64,000 bases of DNA from Macrostomum lignano. Taxonomy: Eukaryota. This document shows, piece after piece, positions 1 through 11,730 of the stretch. The notes under the pieces were generated by a model. That model worked only from the letters and a program-made list of their open reading frames with translations. It made no database searches and was not told the origin of the DNA. How positions within the stretch are numbered: position 1 is the stretch's first letter; the number at the start of each line of letters is the position of its first letter. The translations under genes and the position numbers were made by a program. The stretch lies in assembly GCA_002269645.1 (NCBI GenBank), contig NIVC01000647.1:124001-188000 (forward strand), read 5' to 3'.

Positions 1-968
1 CATGTTTATTGTTTAAGTTGGTCGTAGTTAAAGTATGTTAATGCACGGGACTTTCGGATTTTTTAAGCACACTTTTAAACAAAAGCATTGTACATTTTTC
101 AACTTCAATTCTATTGTAAAAGAAATTAGACGCTGTAAATTTATCTTTTAAAATTACAAGTAGCTCATTGTCTAAACTTTGAAGAAACGCTTGAAAAAAT
201 CACACGAATATCCACTGTACATCTGCTGCGCAATTTTAAATCCCATACAATTAAACTGTTGACTTATCCATTGTCACCGCGCCACTTATTTATTTATTTG
301 CTCGTAAGCTATCGCAAGTTGGTTTTAACACTCGGGTAAGTTTGTCTTAATAAAAAACTTAACCTAATAGCTTGCTTTTTTAGCCATTTAAGAAATATCG
401 GTTGATTTTTTAATCTAATTTATGTAATAAGACCAGTCGAAATAAGCACAATTTTTCAACCTACCAAACCAATTAAAAATAAATAATGAGCTGGTTTTAT
501 TGATTCAGTAGTTGATTTTGTCAATGTAATCAAATAGTTTTTATATCAAAATGCATTCAGTTTAAATTTGTTTTCAAATATTGAAACTGAAAGTTACAAA
601 ATATTATACATTATAATAGTACAAATTATTAATCATATTAATAAATGATTCTGGTTATTTTAGATTCTGCTTGGTAAAAATGTAATGTAGTTCCCACTTC
701 GATCTAACGCATCTAGGCTATTTATCACATTTTATTCAGAAACAAAGAAAAGTAGTAGTGCTAGTGGTATTATTGTAAAATTTGAATTTTTTTTAATTTG
801 AAAATTTGAATTTGAAATATTTGCATAGTTTTGTTAAATTTTAAGTGGCATTTATTTTATAGGATTCTCTTTCATCTTAAACCTAGACTTCCCATTAATA
901 GTTATAAGAGCCTTCAAGTTTGATGGATTTTCATAAAAACACTTGAACGTGATGAACTGACTTTCAGA

Positions 969-3900
969 ATGAGCAGCACTAACAATCAGCAGCAGAAGGA
1001 TGCAAGCAGCAGCAACAGCACGCAGCCCTCGCTGTCCAGCGCAGCCTCGGGTAGCAACAACTGCGCCAAGACGGAGGACAAGGCCAGCCAAGGCAAGAAG
1101 CCTCGCGGTCCCCGTGCTGGGAGCAAGCGGCACCAGCACGAAGCTGGTCAGAGACAGCAGCAGCGACAGCTGATCCGCTACAACCGGGACACGCTCCTGC
1201 AGATGCGCGACTCCCGCCTGTCATCAGCCTGGCCCAGGGCTCTGAACAGAGCGTACGTGGGCGACGGAGGCCTGTGGGACCCGGTGAAACTCTTCGAGGG
1301 AGAGCGGAAGAGCGCCTTCGAGAGCAAGACGAAGATTGAGCGAGTCAGGAACGGTGAGACTTTCTGCCATTTTTCTCCCATCTTGCCTGATAATTAATTC
1401 TATGTTGATGCTGCAACTCCCTGATCATCGTCGCACCAAACTGAACTTTCAGTTCGTGGTGCCGCCATGGTGCAGCCATCTTACAGCAGCGGGCCCAGCG
1501 CCGAAGACAGCCAGTCGTTTGGAAGGTCATCGAGACGAAGAAGTGAGTTGCTGGCTGCTGCAAATAAAATTTCGTATGGATCATCAATTAATTTTTTATG
1601 TAGGCTCTTCTGTCATCACTTGTGCTAGCGTTACTTCTAACCCACATTCCGTACTAGTTCGAAAAGAAATTGTTTTTACACCAATTTTTTATTTGAAATT
1701 ATCCAAAAAACTTTGCGTCATAGCAAGTGCTTCCATGTGCTATGATGCCTTTCCTATTACTGAGTATTTTAGCTGTGAGAGAGGGGCTTAAGCCAGTTTG
1801 CTGAATCAGGAGAGGTGTGAACAGTTTGCCTGATGCGTAAACCCCCTTTCCCTTAAAAACTGCCCCAGAACTGCCGATTGGTTATAAGTGCAGCCACTTT
1901 GACTTTTTATTATCGATTGTTGAATGTACATATACAAATGTACATTTGTCAGGCTGAACGGTTTGAATTTGGGGGGAGGGGTTGTAGAGGGGGTAAGAAA
2001 AACTGCGTTGGTCCGCCTGGACCTGGACCTAGCCAATCGATTAGATTAGTCTCCTGCTGTGCCTGCGGCTCGCCTACGCTTTTACGAGACCCTCCCTCTC
2101 TTTTCTCTCTGGGTCTGCAATAAAACTATTATAGTTCTACGACCATGACATTCGCGATTACATAATGACATCAAACTCAGTTAAGTTGACCATTGGCGGT
2201 CTGCAGTACACAATTTAAGGCTCGCTTTCTCGCAATCATCTGAATGTGCGCGATTCAAATCTTTGCCGCGATCGCTTAAAATATACTCAACAACATTAAA
2301 AAGTCGCCACCTTAGTGCGCAGTAAATTCTAGCTCAGTATTGACTTTTGAGTGGCGCATTTTGCACGACGCGACGCAGAGTTTTGGGCTGGGTGAGGAGG
2401 GATTGGGAAGAGCGGAGGGCAAAAATTGGACGGATTGAAGCTTCCTCCCGGTTTTCACTGTTTTTTCCTAGCATTTTTTTATATCAAAATGATTGGCCAG
2501 GTAATAGAAAGACTGTTCACTAGGACAGAGTGGCGACTTTTCCATTTTGCTGAGTATAATTTTAAGCTTAGCCAGAAACCTACAAGGACAAGCGGAAGGA
2601 TCAAGCAAAACTTTATGTAACTGATGACAATTTTTTTCATTCATTTATCAAGAAATCAAGGAAAGTGAGATCCAAAAGGACTTAATAGACTCACTAAAAA
2701 GTCCTAACAACCATCTAAACCGCTGTAACTCCGCAGAACGCACCAAAGAGGAGGCGGCGTCTCCCGCGGCGTCTTCAACGCAAAGACAGCGCGGGTGGCC
2801 GCCTGGCAGCGCAGCGGAGACCCAGCAGGCGGCCAAGTCTGCAGAACCGGCGGCGGACGGCAGGAAGGAGCCGCGGGACGACGTCGCCAGAGGCTTCGGA
2901 CCGTCTCGGCTTGGCGGCGGAGGCTCCGCCGGAGGCTTCGTTCGCCGGTCCGACCGGCCAGCGACCGCTGGGGGCGTCGGCGGAGGCGGCTTCGGCAGCG
3001 GCCGAGGAGGTCCGGGCGTCTCCGGCCGGTGGGAGCGAAGCCAAGGCCTACGCGATCCTCAAGGCCTCCGCGGCGGCTTCCAGCCTCCGCGACATCGGCC
3101 CGCCGAGGAGGAGGAGCTGCCCGCCTGGTTCGATGAGGGACCGCTGGACAAGATGGAGAAGCTGGAGTTGACGGGCCTCCCCGAAGACATGGAGGCGGCC
3201 GAGGGCGACGGCGGCTCCAAGAAGACGGAGGCCACCCAGCAGCAGCAGCAGAAGCAGCAGCCTCTCGACGGACTCGGTCTAGGCAGCAGCAGCTTCGAGA
3301 GCGGCGGCGGTTCCTCGTCGCGCTTCGCCAAGTGGCTGGCAGTGGACGAGCCGTCGCAGCCGCAGCCGCAGCCGCCTGCAGCAGAGGCTGGGCAGCGAGA
3401 TGGCGCTCAGCAGCAGCTTGAGCGAATCTTCCAGGACATTCGCGGCAGGCACGGACATGAGACCAAGCAGCAGCCGCAGACTGCACCGAACGTTGGACCG
3501 TCGCTGATGCACCTGCTCTGCCCGCCGCAGCCGCCGCCGCCTCCGCCGCCACATAGGCCGCTGCACGCTCAGGAGGTCGAGGCGAACCTCAAGTCGATGC
3601 TGTTCGGCTCTGAGGCGGCCGCTCCGCCACCACCGCCGCCCGCCGCAGTCGCCGCTGCATCTTCTGAAGGCTCCGCCATGCCGGTTCTGCCGCCGAACGG
3701 GCAGGCGCGGACGCTCGAAGAAATCGAGAGCAGCCTGGGCGCAGCTTCCAGCGGCTCGGACCGCAGCTCCCGAGGCAGCAAGGACAGCCGTGCTATCTAC
3801 AAGCTGATTGGCGACCTGCAGGTGCAAATGCACGACGCTGCTTCCGCCAGTTCTGCCGGAGGTCGCCAGGCCTCGGTGCCGCCTCTGCTTCCGGGCGGCC

Positions 3901-6840
3901 GCCAGGCCCCGCCGCAACATCAGCAGCCGCCGCAGCCGCCGCAGCCACCGCAGCAGCCACCGCAGTCAAAGCCGCTTCAGCCCACAGCTGCCCCCTTCAT
4001 CGCTCAGCATCCGCTTCCGCCTCGTTCGCAGCCTCCGCCACAGCCGCAAAAGCAGCAGCCGCCGACGGCTCAGCCCATGTTCTCCTCTGGAGCTTCGTCG
4101 CAGGCAGCCGCCGCCGCCGCTGCCGCAGCCGCTCAGCGCCGTCTGCCGATGCCCATGCAGGCTCAGCAGCTGCAGCAACTGCAGGCCATGCTGCTGTCGA
4201 ATCTGCAGATGCAGGCTCAGATGATGCACAGCAGCCAGATTTCTGGAGGGCCAGGAAACAAGGCTCACACGCTCAACAAGCTTCTGCCTCAGGTTTGAGC
4301 ACTCTTGCCTTTTTGGTTCTCTGTTGTTGTCACTTGAGTGTTTTGCACCATTTCTTAGTGTTTGCTGTGGCATGAGTCTGCTGTGGCATGAGTGTGTCTG
4401 CTGTGACATGAGTGTGTCTGCTGTGACATGAGTGTGTCTGCTGTGGCATGAGTGTGTCTGCTGTGACATGAGTGTGTCTGCTGAGACATAAGTGTGTCTG
4501 TTGTGACATGAGTGTGTCTGCTGAGACATAAGTGTGTCTGTTGTGACATGAGTGTGTCTGCTGTGGCATGAGTCTGCTGTGGCATGAGTGTGTCTGCTGA
4601 GACATGAGTGTGTCTGCTGAGACATGAGTGTGTCTGCTGTGGCATAAGTGTGTCTGCTGTGACATGAGTGTGTCTCATGTAGTGTCTGCCTTGCAGTGTC
4701 TGCCTTGCAGTGTCTGCCTTGCAGTGTCTGCCTTGCAGTGTCTGCCTTGCAGTGTCTGCCTTCCAGTGTCTGCCTTGCAGTGTCTGCCTTGCAGTGTCTG
4801 CCTTGCAGTGTCTGCCTTGCAGTGTCTGCCTTGCAGTGTCTGCCTTGCAGTGTCTGCCTTGCAGTGTCTGCCTTGCAGTGTCTGCCTTGCAGTGTCTGCC
4901 TTGCAGTGTCTGCCTTGCAGTGTCTGCCTTGCAGTGTCTGCCTTGCAGTGTCTGCCTTGCAGTGTCTGCCTTGCAGTGTCTGCCTTGCAGTGTCTGCCTT
5001 GCAGTGTCTGCCTTGCAGTGTCTGCCTTGCAGTGTCTGCCTTGCAGTGTCTGCCTTGCAGTGTCTGCTTTGCTGTGTCTGCCTTGCAGTGTCTGCCTTCC
5101 AGTGTCTGCCTTCCAGTGTCTGCCTTCCAGTGTCTGCCTTGCAGTGTCTGCTTTGCAGTGTCTGCCTTGCAGTGTCTGCCTTCCAGTGTCTGCCTTCCAG
5201 TGTCTGCCTTCCAGTGTCTGCCTTGCAGTGTCTGCTTTGCAGTGTCTGCCTTGCACTGTCTGCACCATACCTTGCAGTGTCTGCACCATACCTTGCAGTG
5301 TCTGCACCATACCTTGCAGTGTCTGCATAATGCCTTGCAGTGTTCTCACCGTTAGCTCATCAGCTACCATTTGCACCCATTGTGGAAATCTCAAATCGCA
5401 GTTCAGAATCCCTCACTGCATCAGAGTATCCAGCACTTCATCAGCTCCCCACTCGGCAATTTCAGCAGCTGTTTCACAGACCGCCCCATCCGTACCTGCT
5501 CAGAGTAAGTCCGGCAAGCACCCAGAGCTACAGCTTGCCGATGGATTTTAATCCAGCCATTTTAATCCTGAGCGGGAAATGATTTTGTGCCTCCTGCCGC
5601 ACCATCTGGAAAAAATGCGTGTTGTTCAGCTTCTGCAATGTTTTTTTCCACTCCTCCTTAACCCATTGCAGACATTTCGCTGGTACAGAGCCATGGTATG
5701 TGAGGCTGCTGATGCCAGCAGTTTTTCTGGCTGTTCGGCTGCCTTTGAATTTGTTTTTGTTTTTGTTTTTCTCTTTCTGTTAATTGGGTACAAAAAAAGC
5801 TTGGGATGCAGTAAATTCAGAAAAATTCAAGTCGTTGGTTGAAGTTTTGATTTGAGTTTTTTCGTTTTTTATGCTGCGCCAACCACAGAACATTCCTGTG
5901 CACCTGGTTGACTTGCCTGCGCTACACGTCTCGACTTTAGCATTGTATCTGTACCAAAACCCACAGTTACTGTACTCAAACCCGCAGTTACTGTACTCAA
6001 ACCCGCAGTTACTGTACTCAAACCCGCAGTTACTGTACTCAAACCCGCAGTTACTGTACTCAAACCCGCAGTTACTGTACTCAAACCCACAGTTACTGTA
6101 CTCAAACCCGCAGTTACTGTACTCAAACCCGCAGTTACTGTACTCAAACCCACAGCCCCTGTACTCAAACCCGCAGTTACTGTACTCAAACCCACAGCCC
6201 CTGTACTCAAACCCACAGCCACTGTACTCAAACCCACAGTTACTGTACTCAAACCCGCAGTTACTGTACTCAAACCCACAGTTACTGTACTCAAACCCAC
6301 AGCCCCTGTACTCAAACCCACAGCCCCTGTACTCAAACCCAGCCTCCCTGCCGCATCTCGCAGAACAACGCCCTGCAAGGCACCCGGCTACTCAACCAGC
6401 ACTTCAACCAGGCCGGAGCTGCTGCCGACTTTGCCGGACTCGAGACTGCTGCCGGTGCCGACGCCGCCTTCCGCCGCCCGGCAACCTCTGCGGCCGCCGC
6501 CGCCGCCTCGGCGAACTTGTCGACGAGCTCCGCCAGCCAGCAGGCGATCGCCCAGCCCGCGATGCCCATCGTGCCGCCGATGCTGCTGCCGCCAAAGACT
6601 TCGTCGGCGGCGACCTCGGCCAGCGCGGCCGCTGCGGGTCTCCAGGGCTGGGGCGGCGCCCACAACTCGCAGCTCAGCGCCATGCTGTGGAACGCCACCA
6701 GACTCGCCGCCAGCGTCAAGTCGGCCAACACCTCGACTGGCTGGTCGTCTCTGCACCGCAGTCCGCCCGTTGACTCCGGGGTCGGACAGCCGCACCGGCC
6801 TCCGACCAAGCAGCCGGTGGACGAGATGCCGTCCGCTTGA
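969..6840 (+). CDS. EIF4ENIF1: eIF4E transporter (4E-T / Cup-like), copy A. Exons 969-1353, 1453-1542, 2737-4292, (possible 5364-5504), 6343-6840; about 842 aa without the optional exon
   Basis: YNRDTLLQMR...GLWDPVKL matches the 4E-T YxxxxL-phi motif plus the downstream WDP non-canonical eIF4E motif. EEEELPAWFDEGP..KLELTGL matches the Cup-homology (DDX6-binding) motif. GT/AG junctions are phase-compatible (1,1,0). Q/P-rich C-terminal half. The join to the last exon (CAG|GTTTGA to CCCAG|CCT) is inferred. Confidence 0.85.
4364..5340. repeat. Composite intronic minisatellite: 20-bp (TGTGTCTGCTGTGACATGAG), then 14-bp (AGTGTCTGCCTTGC), then 21-bp (AGTGTCTGCACCATACCTTGC)
   Basis: Tandem units read directly; all share a GTGTCTG core. 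Confidence 0.95.
5955..6342. repeat. 21-bp minisatellite (TTACTGTACTCAAACCCGCAG) ending at the splice acceptor
   Basis: Direct tandem units, the source of the LLYSNPQ pseudo-ORF. The mirror array at 18666-19010 has two fewer units (300 vs 286 aa ORFs). Confidence 0.95.
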
Positions 6841-8564
6841 CCTCTTGAGCACTGCTCAGCTGAGCTCACTCGGCCCACAGACACTGCCGAACTCGTAAAT
6901 GCCCCAGTTGTTGCTAGCGACTTTCCAGCACCCCGAGTTTCCTCTCCGACTGACCTTGAATTGTCCCCGCCTTCTCGCCTGCTGCCGTCTCGCTGTCTCC
7001 CTCTTGTCTGCGGTGTTTTTGCAGTTGCAGTCCGCGCCAATTGGCTTTTGGAATTCGAACTCTCGTTTACTTTTCTCCGTCATTGAGCAATATTTTAGTT
7101 CTCTCCTGTTTTAGAGTGCACTCCTGGTGACAGATTATCCCAGCAACTCGATGATGTCGCTGGAATTTCATTTCGCTTTGATCATTTAATTTTCTCTCTT
7201 TGATTTTCCTGTAAATTTTGGCCCTCCGCCCGTTCAGCGCAATGATTTTCTTTGCCTCTTCGACTTTGCGACTTTGCATTGTGAGCAGCTTTGGTTCCAA
7301 CTCTATTTTTGCTAGGCTTTCTCGCTAAGGCTTTTGGGAATTTTTTTCGCATTTTGCTTTGTCCGCCTGCCCGTGAGCTGTGGGATCGCTAATCCCAGCT
7401 CATCAGGGGGAGTTTATGCCATAGCTTTATCCCGTCAGTCTTTGTTGAGCTTTGTAGAAGCAGTTTAGTTACTCGCACCGCAGCAGCACCTCCTCCTTTT
7501 GGAGTCTCATTTTCCAGCGTGCTTTTTTCTGTCACTTTCTGTACTGAGTCTGCAGCACAGACTCCACCGCTCTCCATCTGAGCCATGCGCTTCGATCTTC
7601 AGCATGCCGGCCGGCGCTCCCTGATGAAGTGTCCCGGCCATGCAGGCTGCTCTTCCTTTCCCGGTTGATTTTTGCACAATGTTCTTCCTGTCTACTTTTT
7701 GTCAGTAGTTATCCCGCTCGTGCAGCAGACTCAAGCGCTCAACTAAGATTTGCATTGCGGTTCCACAGTTTCCAGCTTACAGCAGCAGCTCCGGTCTCTT
7801 CCGCATGAATTTGTTGTCACCTGTGCGAGCTGCCGTCTCCCTACCTGCACCGGCGCCCCTCATCAGTACTTCTCTAAGCCAGACCGTATCGCTACTTTCT
7901 CTGTCTCTCCCCCCACGCACCTTCCAGACAGTCTGAAATACATCGAATATGCAGACTTGCAGTTGGCCGAAATTCTGCCTGTTCCTTTCAACCGCACTTT
8001 GCTGTCCGTGTTCGATGTGCTTTCGTTTTGCTTTCAGATCTATCTGTTGTTTACGAGTATCTAGCTGTTTAGAGCAGCGTCCTGAGACTCCACAGAAGCT
8101 AGGGCGCAATGCAAGTTATAAGGCTATCTAAAAAATAAGCATTAGAAGAAGCGTTGTAGCGGAACAAGCGACAGAGCCCACCAGAAAGTCCCCCCAGTGC
8201 TAAAATTACAATAAGATCAGGTTGGCATCTAGCTTGGGAAAGCCTAGGAAGAAAAATTAATTTGGCGCTGGCGTGGCGTGGCTGGGAAAACAATGAGTAC
8301 AACATTTAAATGGATAGCAACTTATAAAGCTGCTTCAAAGGACTGAGAAACGCGTGTATTTGCATGTATTTCGTTTAGTTAAACTCCACCCAGTCGTCGC
8401 TCGTATCACGCCGAACTCATGCAAAGACTACTAACGTTTTTTAAAAGTTAAGGAGGCTGGTTCTTGCCGAAAAAAACATTACAGAGATAGGAAGTTTTCA
8501 TTTTTAGCGCAAAAATTGTTATTGCTTTCGATAGGAGGCAGACTCAATCAATGCTCATTTTTGA

Positions 8565-8959
8565 AGTGGCGGAGCTAGGATTTTGAAACGGGGAGGGGAT
8601 AACTTTTAGGGACAAAATTATAGACTAATAAAATAGTTTTATTGAATTTTTTGCTTAAAATATGCATTTAAAAGTATCAAAATCATGTTTTTTAGGCTAT
8701 AAAAACTTTACTTTGTTAAAATCAGAATAAAGCCGGCAGACGTCTGTCCTGATTAGAGCATTTTAGGAACTAGGGATTCGCGAAAATATCGTTTAAAACT
8801 TTTTATTAGTAATTTACGAGTGAAATAGGCCAATTTTCGGCAATTTCGCTAAGTCTGAGCCGCTTTATTTTGCTTTTTTAAAAAAAACCTCATTTTCGTT
8901 TCCTATAAATCATCCAAATGGGGGGATATATCCCCGTATCCCCCCTAGCTACGCTACTG
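8565..8959. mobile_element. Possible non-autonomous DNA transposon (MITE-like)
   Basis: Imperfect terminal inverted repeats AGTGGCGGAGCTAGG (8565) and CCTAGCTACGCTACT (8944-8958), 13/15 match, around an AT-rich core. No target-site duplication found. Confidence 0.35.
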
Positions 8960-9402
8960 GTTGTGCCTTTCTTATAGCTCTATTGATATTTATAAAGCTT
9001 TTCATTCAGAAGTTCAGAGGCCAATAACCCTGGATCGAATTTGTGGTTTGTTAAAAAATCCAGCGTCATTATTGACATCTACAGTGTACCTCTGAATAAG
9101 AAGGAGCATTGGCAGAGGCTATATCTAATGGTTTTGCAGAAGATAGCAGTCAAGTGACTCAAGACATAAGCATTGAGCCAAGAAGGATACAAGGCGGAAC
9201 AGCTGCACAGCCATCATGAGAAAATAATTTGAGTGCAGAAGTAAAAACCAAGGACTACTAGACTAGATATATCGAAGTGTTCCTAGTGGTCCTTGGTATA
9301 AAAACGACGCCAAACACCGCTAATATCATGCCTAAATGATCACTTAAAATTATCGTATTCAGACTTAAATCACGCTTGAACTTTGCCCAGTCCTCGCTCA
9401 CA

Positions 9403-10136
9403 TCACGCTGAACTTCGCCCAGTCCAGTCCTCGCCGTTCTCGATCTCCGACTCGACCTGAGCGTCGGTGAACAACAGCAGGCGGCACAGCTTCGACCTCC
9501 TGTTGTACAGCGCGCGTCTGCAGTTTTTGTCTCGGCCAGCCGCCGCTACGCAGCTCACAGAGCTCGGCATCCCGGTCAGGTCTTTGTAGCAGTACTCGGT
9601 GCTCGGGTTGTAGCTGGTCCGCTTGAACTCCACTCGCGTCCAGGCGGCCGACCGCAGCTTTGTGGTAGGTCGTCGCCGGCCGGAACTCGAACAGGTAGCC
9701 GCGAGGCCTTTTGCACAGCGAATTGGCGAGGCTGCCAGGATCAGCTCTGCTCAACATTCTCAAGCAGTCTTGCACTTCTGTGCTCGGCTGGCCCACAAGT
9801 CAGAGCGAGTCGTCCTCTGGCAGGTCGCCGTTGTCGTTGAGTCGCTGCCAGCCCGACCTGCTGCGGTTTCGCTCATCGGCCAGGTCGGACACACCGCGAG
9901 CCACAGGTCCGCACCCGAGGCCAGCCTCTTGATGGAGCTGCGGCTGTTCGCCAGCTCGCCTCCGAGCGCCGCGCACTGCAGGTTGGCCTCGCACCAGGAG
10001 AAGCTTTGGTTGGCGTTCCTGAGCAGGCACGGGCCGGACGAATTGGAGAACGGACTCGGGCACAGCGGCTGGGCCTGGGCTGAGCTCAGCCACAGAAGCA
10101 GCAGAAGCAGCAACACGGTCTCAGCTGTGGGTCCAT
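9403..10136 (-). pseudogene. Secreted C-type lectin-like plus PAN/apple-like domain protein, disrupted
   Basis: Leu-rich signal peptide; WCEANLQCAALGGELA (CTL-like); GQP...DC...LC; C-terminal FKRTSY..YC..SC..CRRALYN..LCRLLLFTDA (PAN-like). Frameshifts near 10117, 9891 and about 9650, plus an in-frame TGA at 9800-9802 where Trp is expected. Confidence 0.7.
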
Positions 10137-10207
10137 CTGCAGACCCCCCTATCCGCTTTCATTCTCCGTGCCCGAGCCTCTATTTATGCAATGAAACACA
10201 TAAAAGC

Positions 10208-10221
10208 GTTGCTATGGCAAC
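10208..10221. promoter_or_regulatory. RFX X-box
   Basis: GTTGCTATGGCAAC, a consensus X-box about 70 nt upstream of the lectin ATG (10136). Confidence 0.55.
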
Positions 10222-10699
10222 TTGAGAAACCGAGTGAGACCTGACGGGTCTGAGGTTTTGTGATTCAGAAAACTGATGGGCGTTTGCACGGGCATCAGCG
10301 GAGGGCTGCTGTTTGCTTTGCATCAGAGTCACGCATGAAAAACACCTCACCAGCAACTGTGAGCGAAGAAGCAAACTAAAAACGAAAGTCAAACGGGAGA
10401 TTCTGGGGACAGAAGCTGAAACACTTTCTTGAATGAGCGCCCTTAGTTCTGGTTCAGAAAATCTTTCTTCAGCTGCAAGCGAGGATCAAAAAGCCAAAGT
10501 GTCTACTTAAAGTTCTACTTACGGTGTTTTTGCAGACTTAGCTGCACAACGAGAAGTTCGGACTCACCCCGAAATCTCTTTGACAATCCCCCTTGTACGA
10601 GTGCGAGCTGACCAAGCTGAGAGAACCCGCAGTCACAGCCACAGACTCATCCAGAGAGAAGAAAAAGTCATTTAAATTTATAAAGTATTTAATATTGCC

Positions 10700-10985
10700 G
10701 AAATTGTTATTCTATTGTTTATTTGTTGCACCTGCTCTAATGGGCAGATGTGCAACCGACAGCTCAGCCGCAGCTCATCTGAAGGCTGCGTGCGGCTGTT
10801 CGCCACACACACCCTCAATTACCCCAGCTAATGCTGGCACCCATTTTACAGCTGGGGTGAACTGAAGCAATGCAGATTTAAGTGTCTTCTTGCTTAAGGA
10901 CACAAATTGTTCAGAGTGAATCGGGAATCGAACCCCATGACCGTTCAGTCGTGAGTCAAAGGCTCTAACCATTAGGCTACAATCC
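10700..10985 (-). mobile_element. tRNA-derived SINE with a CORE-like central domain
   Basis: On the minus strand: A-box TAGCCTAATGG, B-box GGTTCGATTCC, then GTGTCCTTAAGCAAG..ACACTTAA..CTTCAGTTCACCCCAGCTGTAAAATGGG (resembles the CORE consensus), and an A-rich tail. Confidence 0.75.
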
Positions 10986-11730
10986 TTATTGTCGCAATCA
11001 AAATATAATATCTGAATTCTTCATGAAGTTTAGCGGAAGAGAAATTTTTTTAATGAAATGTATTGTTTCAAAAAATAGCAAGCACAAAATTGAGAGCCAA
11101 ACATGGTGCAGCTATAATGTAAAATTACAGCGTACCTGGATACAAAAACTGATTGGGTCCAAAGCGCTCTAGGCCTAGGTTGGGCAATGTGCGTGCCTAT
11201 GGCGTACACCAGAGTCTGAGTAAAAATATAGAACAAAGCCAAACAGGCTAAGCCAAAGCCAAAGCCAAAGCCAAAGCCAAACAGGCCAAACAGCCATGCA
11301 GTCCAACACAGCAGTGAAAAAATTCGGCGACATAAAAAACTTTTCAGTAGTGTGAACGCGCATCATTGCTATGATTTGTTAGGATCCATGAGTCAATATG
11401 GTTCGATAAGATGTACATGTTTAAATTTATAATCAAAGTTTGTTCGACATCTAAACAGCTGGTTTATCAGTGCAAAATTAGACTTGAATAATAATAAAAA
11501 ATTTATTTTGAGTTTAATACACAAATAAATTTTAAAAGTTGTTTTCTTTTATAGTGCATAAAATTCAATTATTATAATAATTAACGAAGTTTATATAGCA
11601 TTTCTATATAAGGATTTCTAGAGTATGCACGTACACTAAATAAGAAGTATTTTATAGTGAAAGTTCCCAGAATAATTTAGAGCCTCACTCAGTACTGCGT
11701 TCGCACACTGCAGTCACAGACAAAAGCAAA

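Larger units (their letters stand above)
963..8031 (+). repeat. Left arm of a large inverted duplication (partner 16979-23820)
   Basis: TTCAGAATGAGCAGCAC (963) and ...CTTTCGTTTTGC (8031) occur as reverse complements at 23820 and 16979. The ORF track shows mirrored translations throughout. Confidence 0.95.

Noticed and set aside
2653-2736. Alternative in-frame acceptor (ATCAAG|AAATC) extending 4E-T exon 3
   Set aside because: Arm homology begins at the 2737 acceptor and copy B has an AG only there, so 2737 is preferred.
2704-3920. Long antisense and alternative-frame ORFs over GC-rich exons (also over VWA5A, PTP, CBR, AF10 and ZMYND8-like)
   Set aside because: Expected shadow ORFs of GC3-rich coding sequence.
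5364-5504. Phase-0 141-nt candidate 4E-T exon
   Set aside because: Not rejected outright, but not counted: codon usage is unlike the other exons and both inter-arm differences are non-synonymous.
4628-5551. Long Cys-rich or repetitive ORFs (LQCLPCSV, TLQGRHCK, LLYSNPQ) and their mirrors at 18235-20940
   Set aside because: These are translations of stop-free minisatellites lying inside introns; there is no coding signature.
6899-8109. ORFs in the inner arm ends (MAQMESGG..., MEPKLLT..., and mirrors at 16868-18152)
   Set aside because: No recognisable domain, small indels between arms break the frames, and the region is probably 3' UTR/flank or a decayed TE.
10930-10985. Possible tRNA gene
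   Set aside because: A and B boxes are present, but the sequence continues into a CORE-like body and tail without a full cloverleaf, so it was called a SINE.
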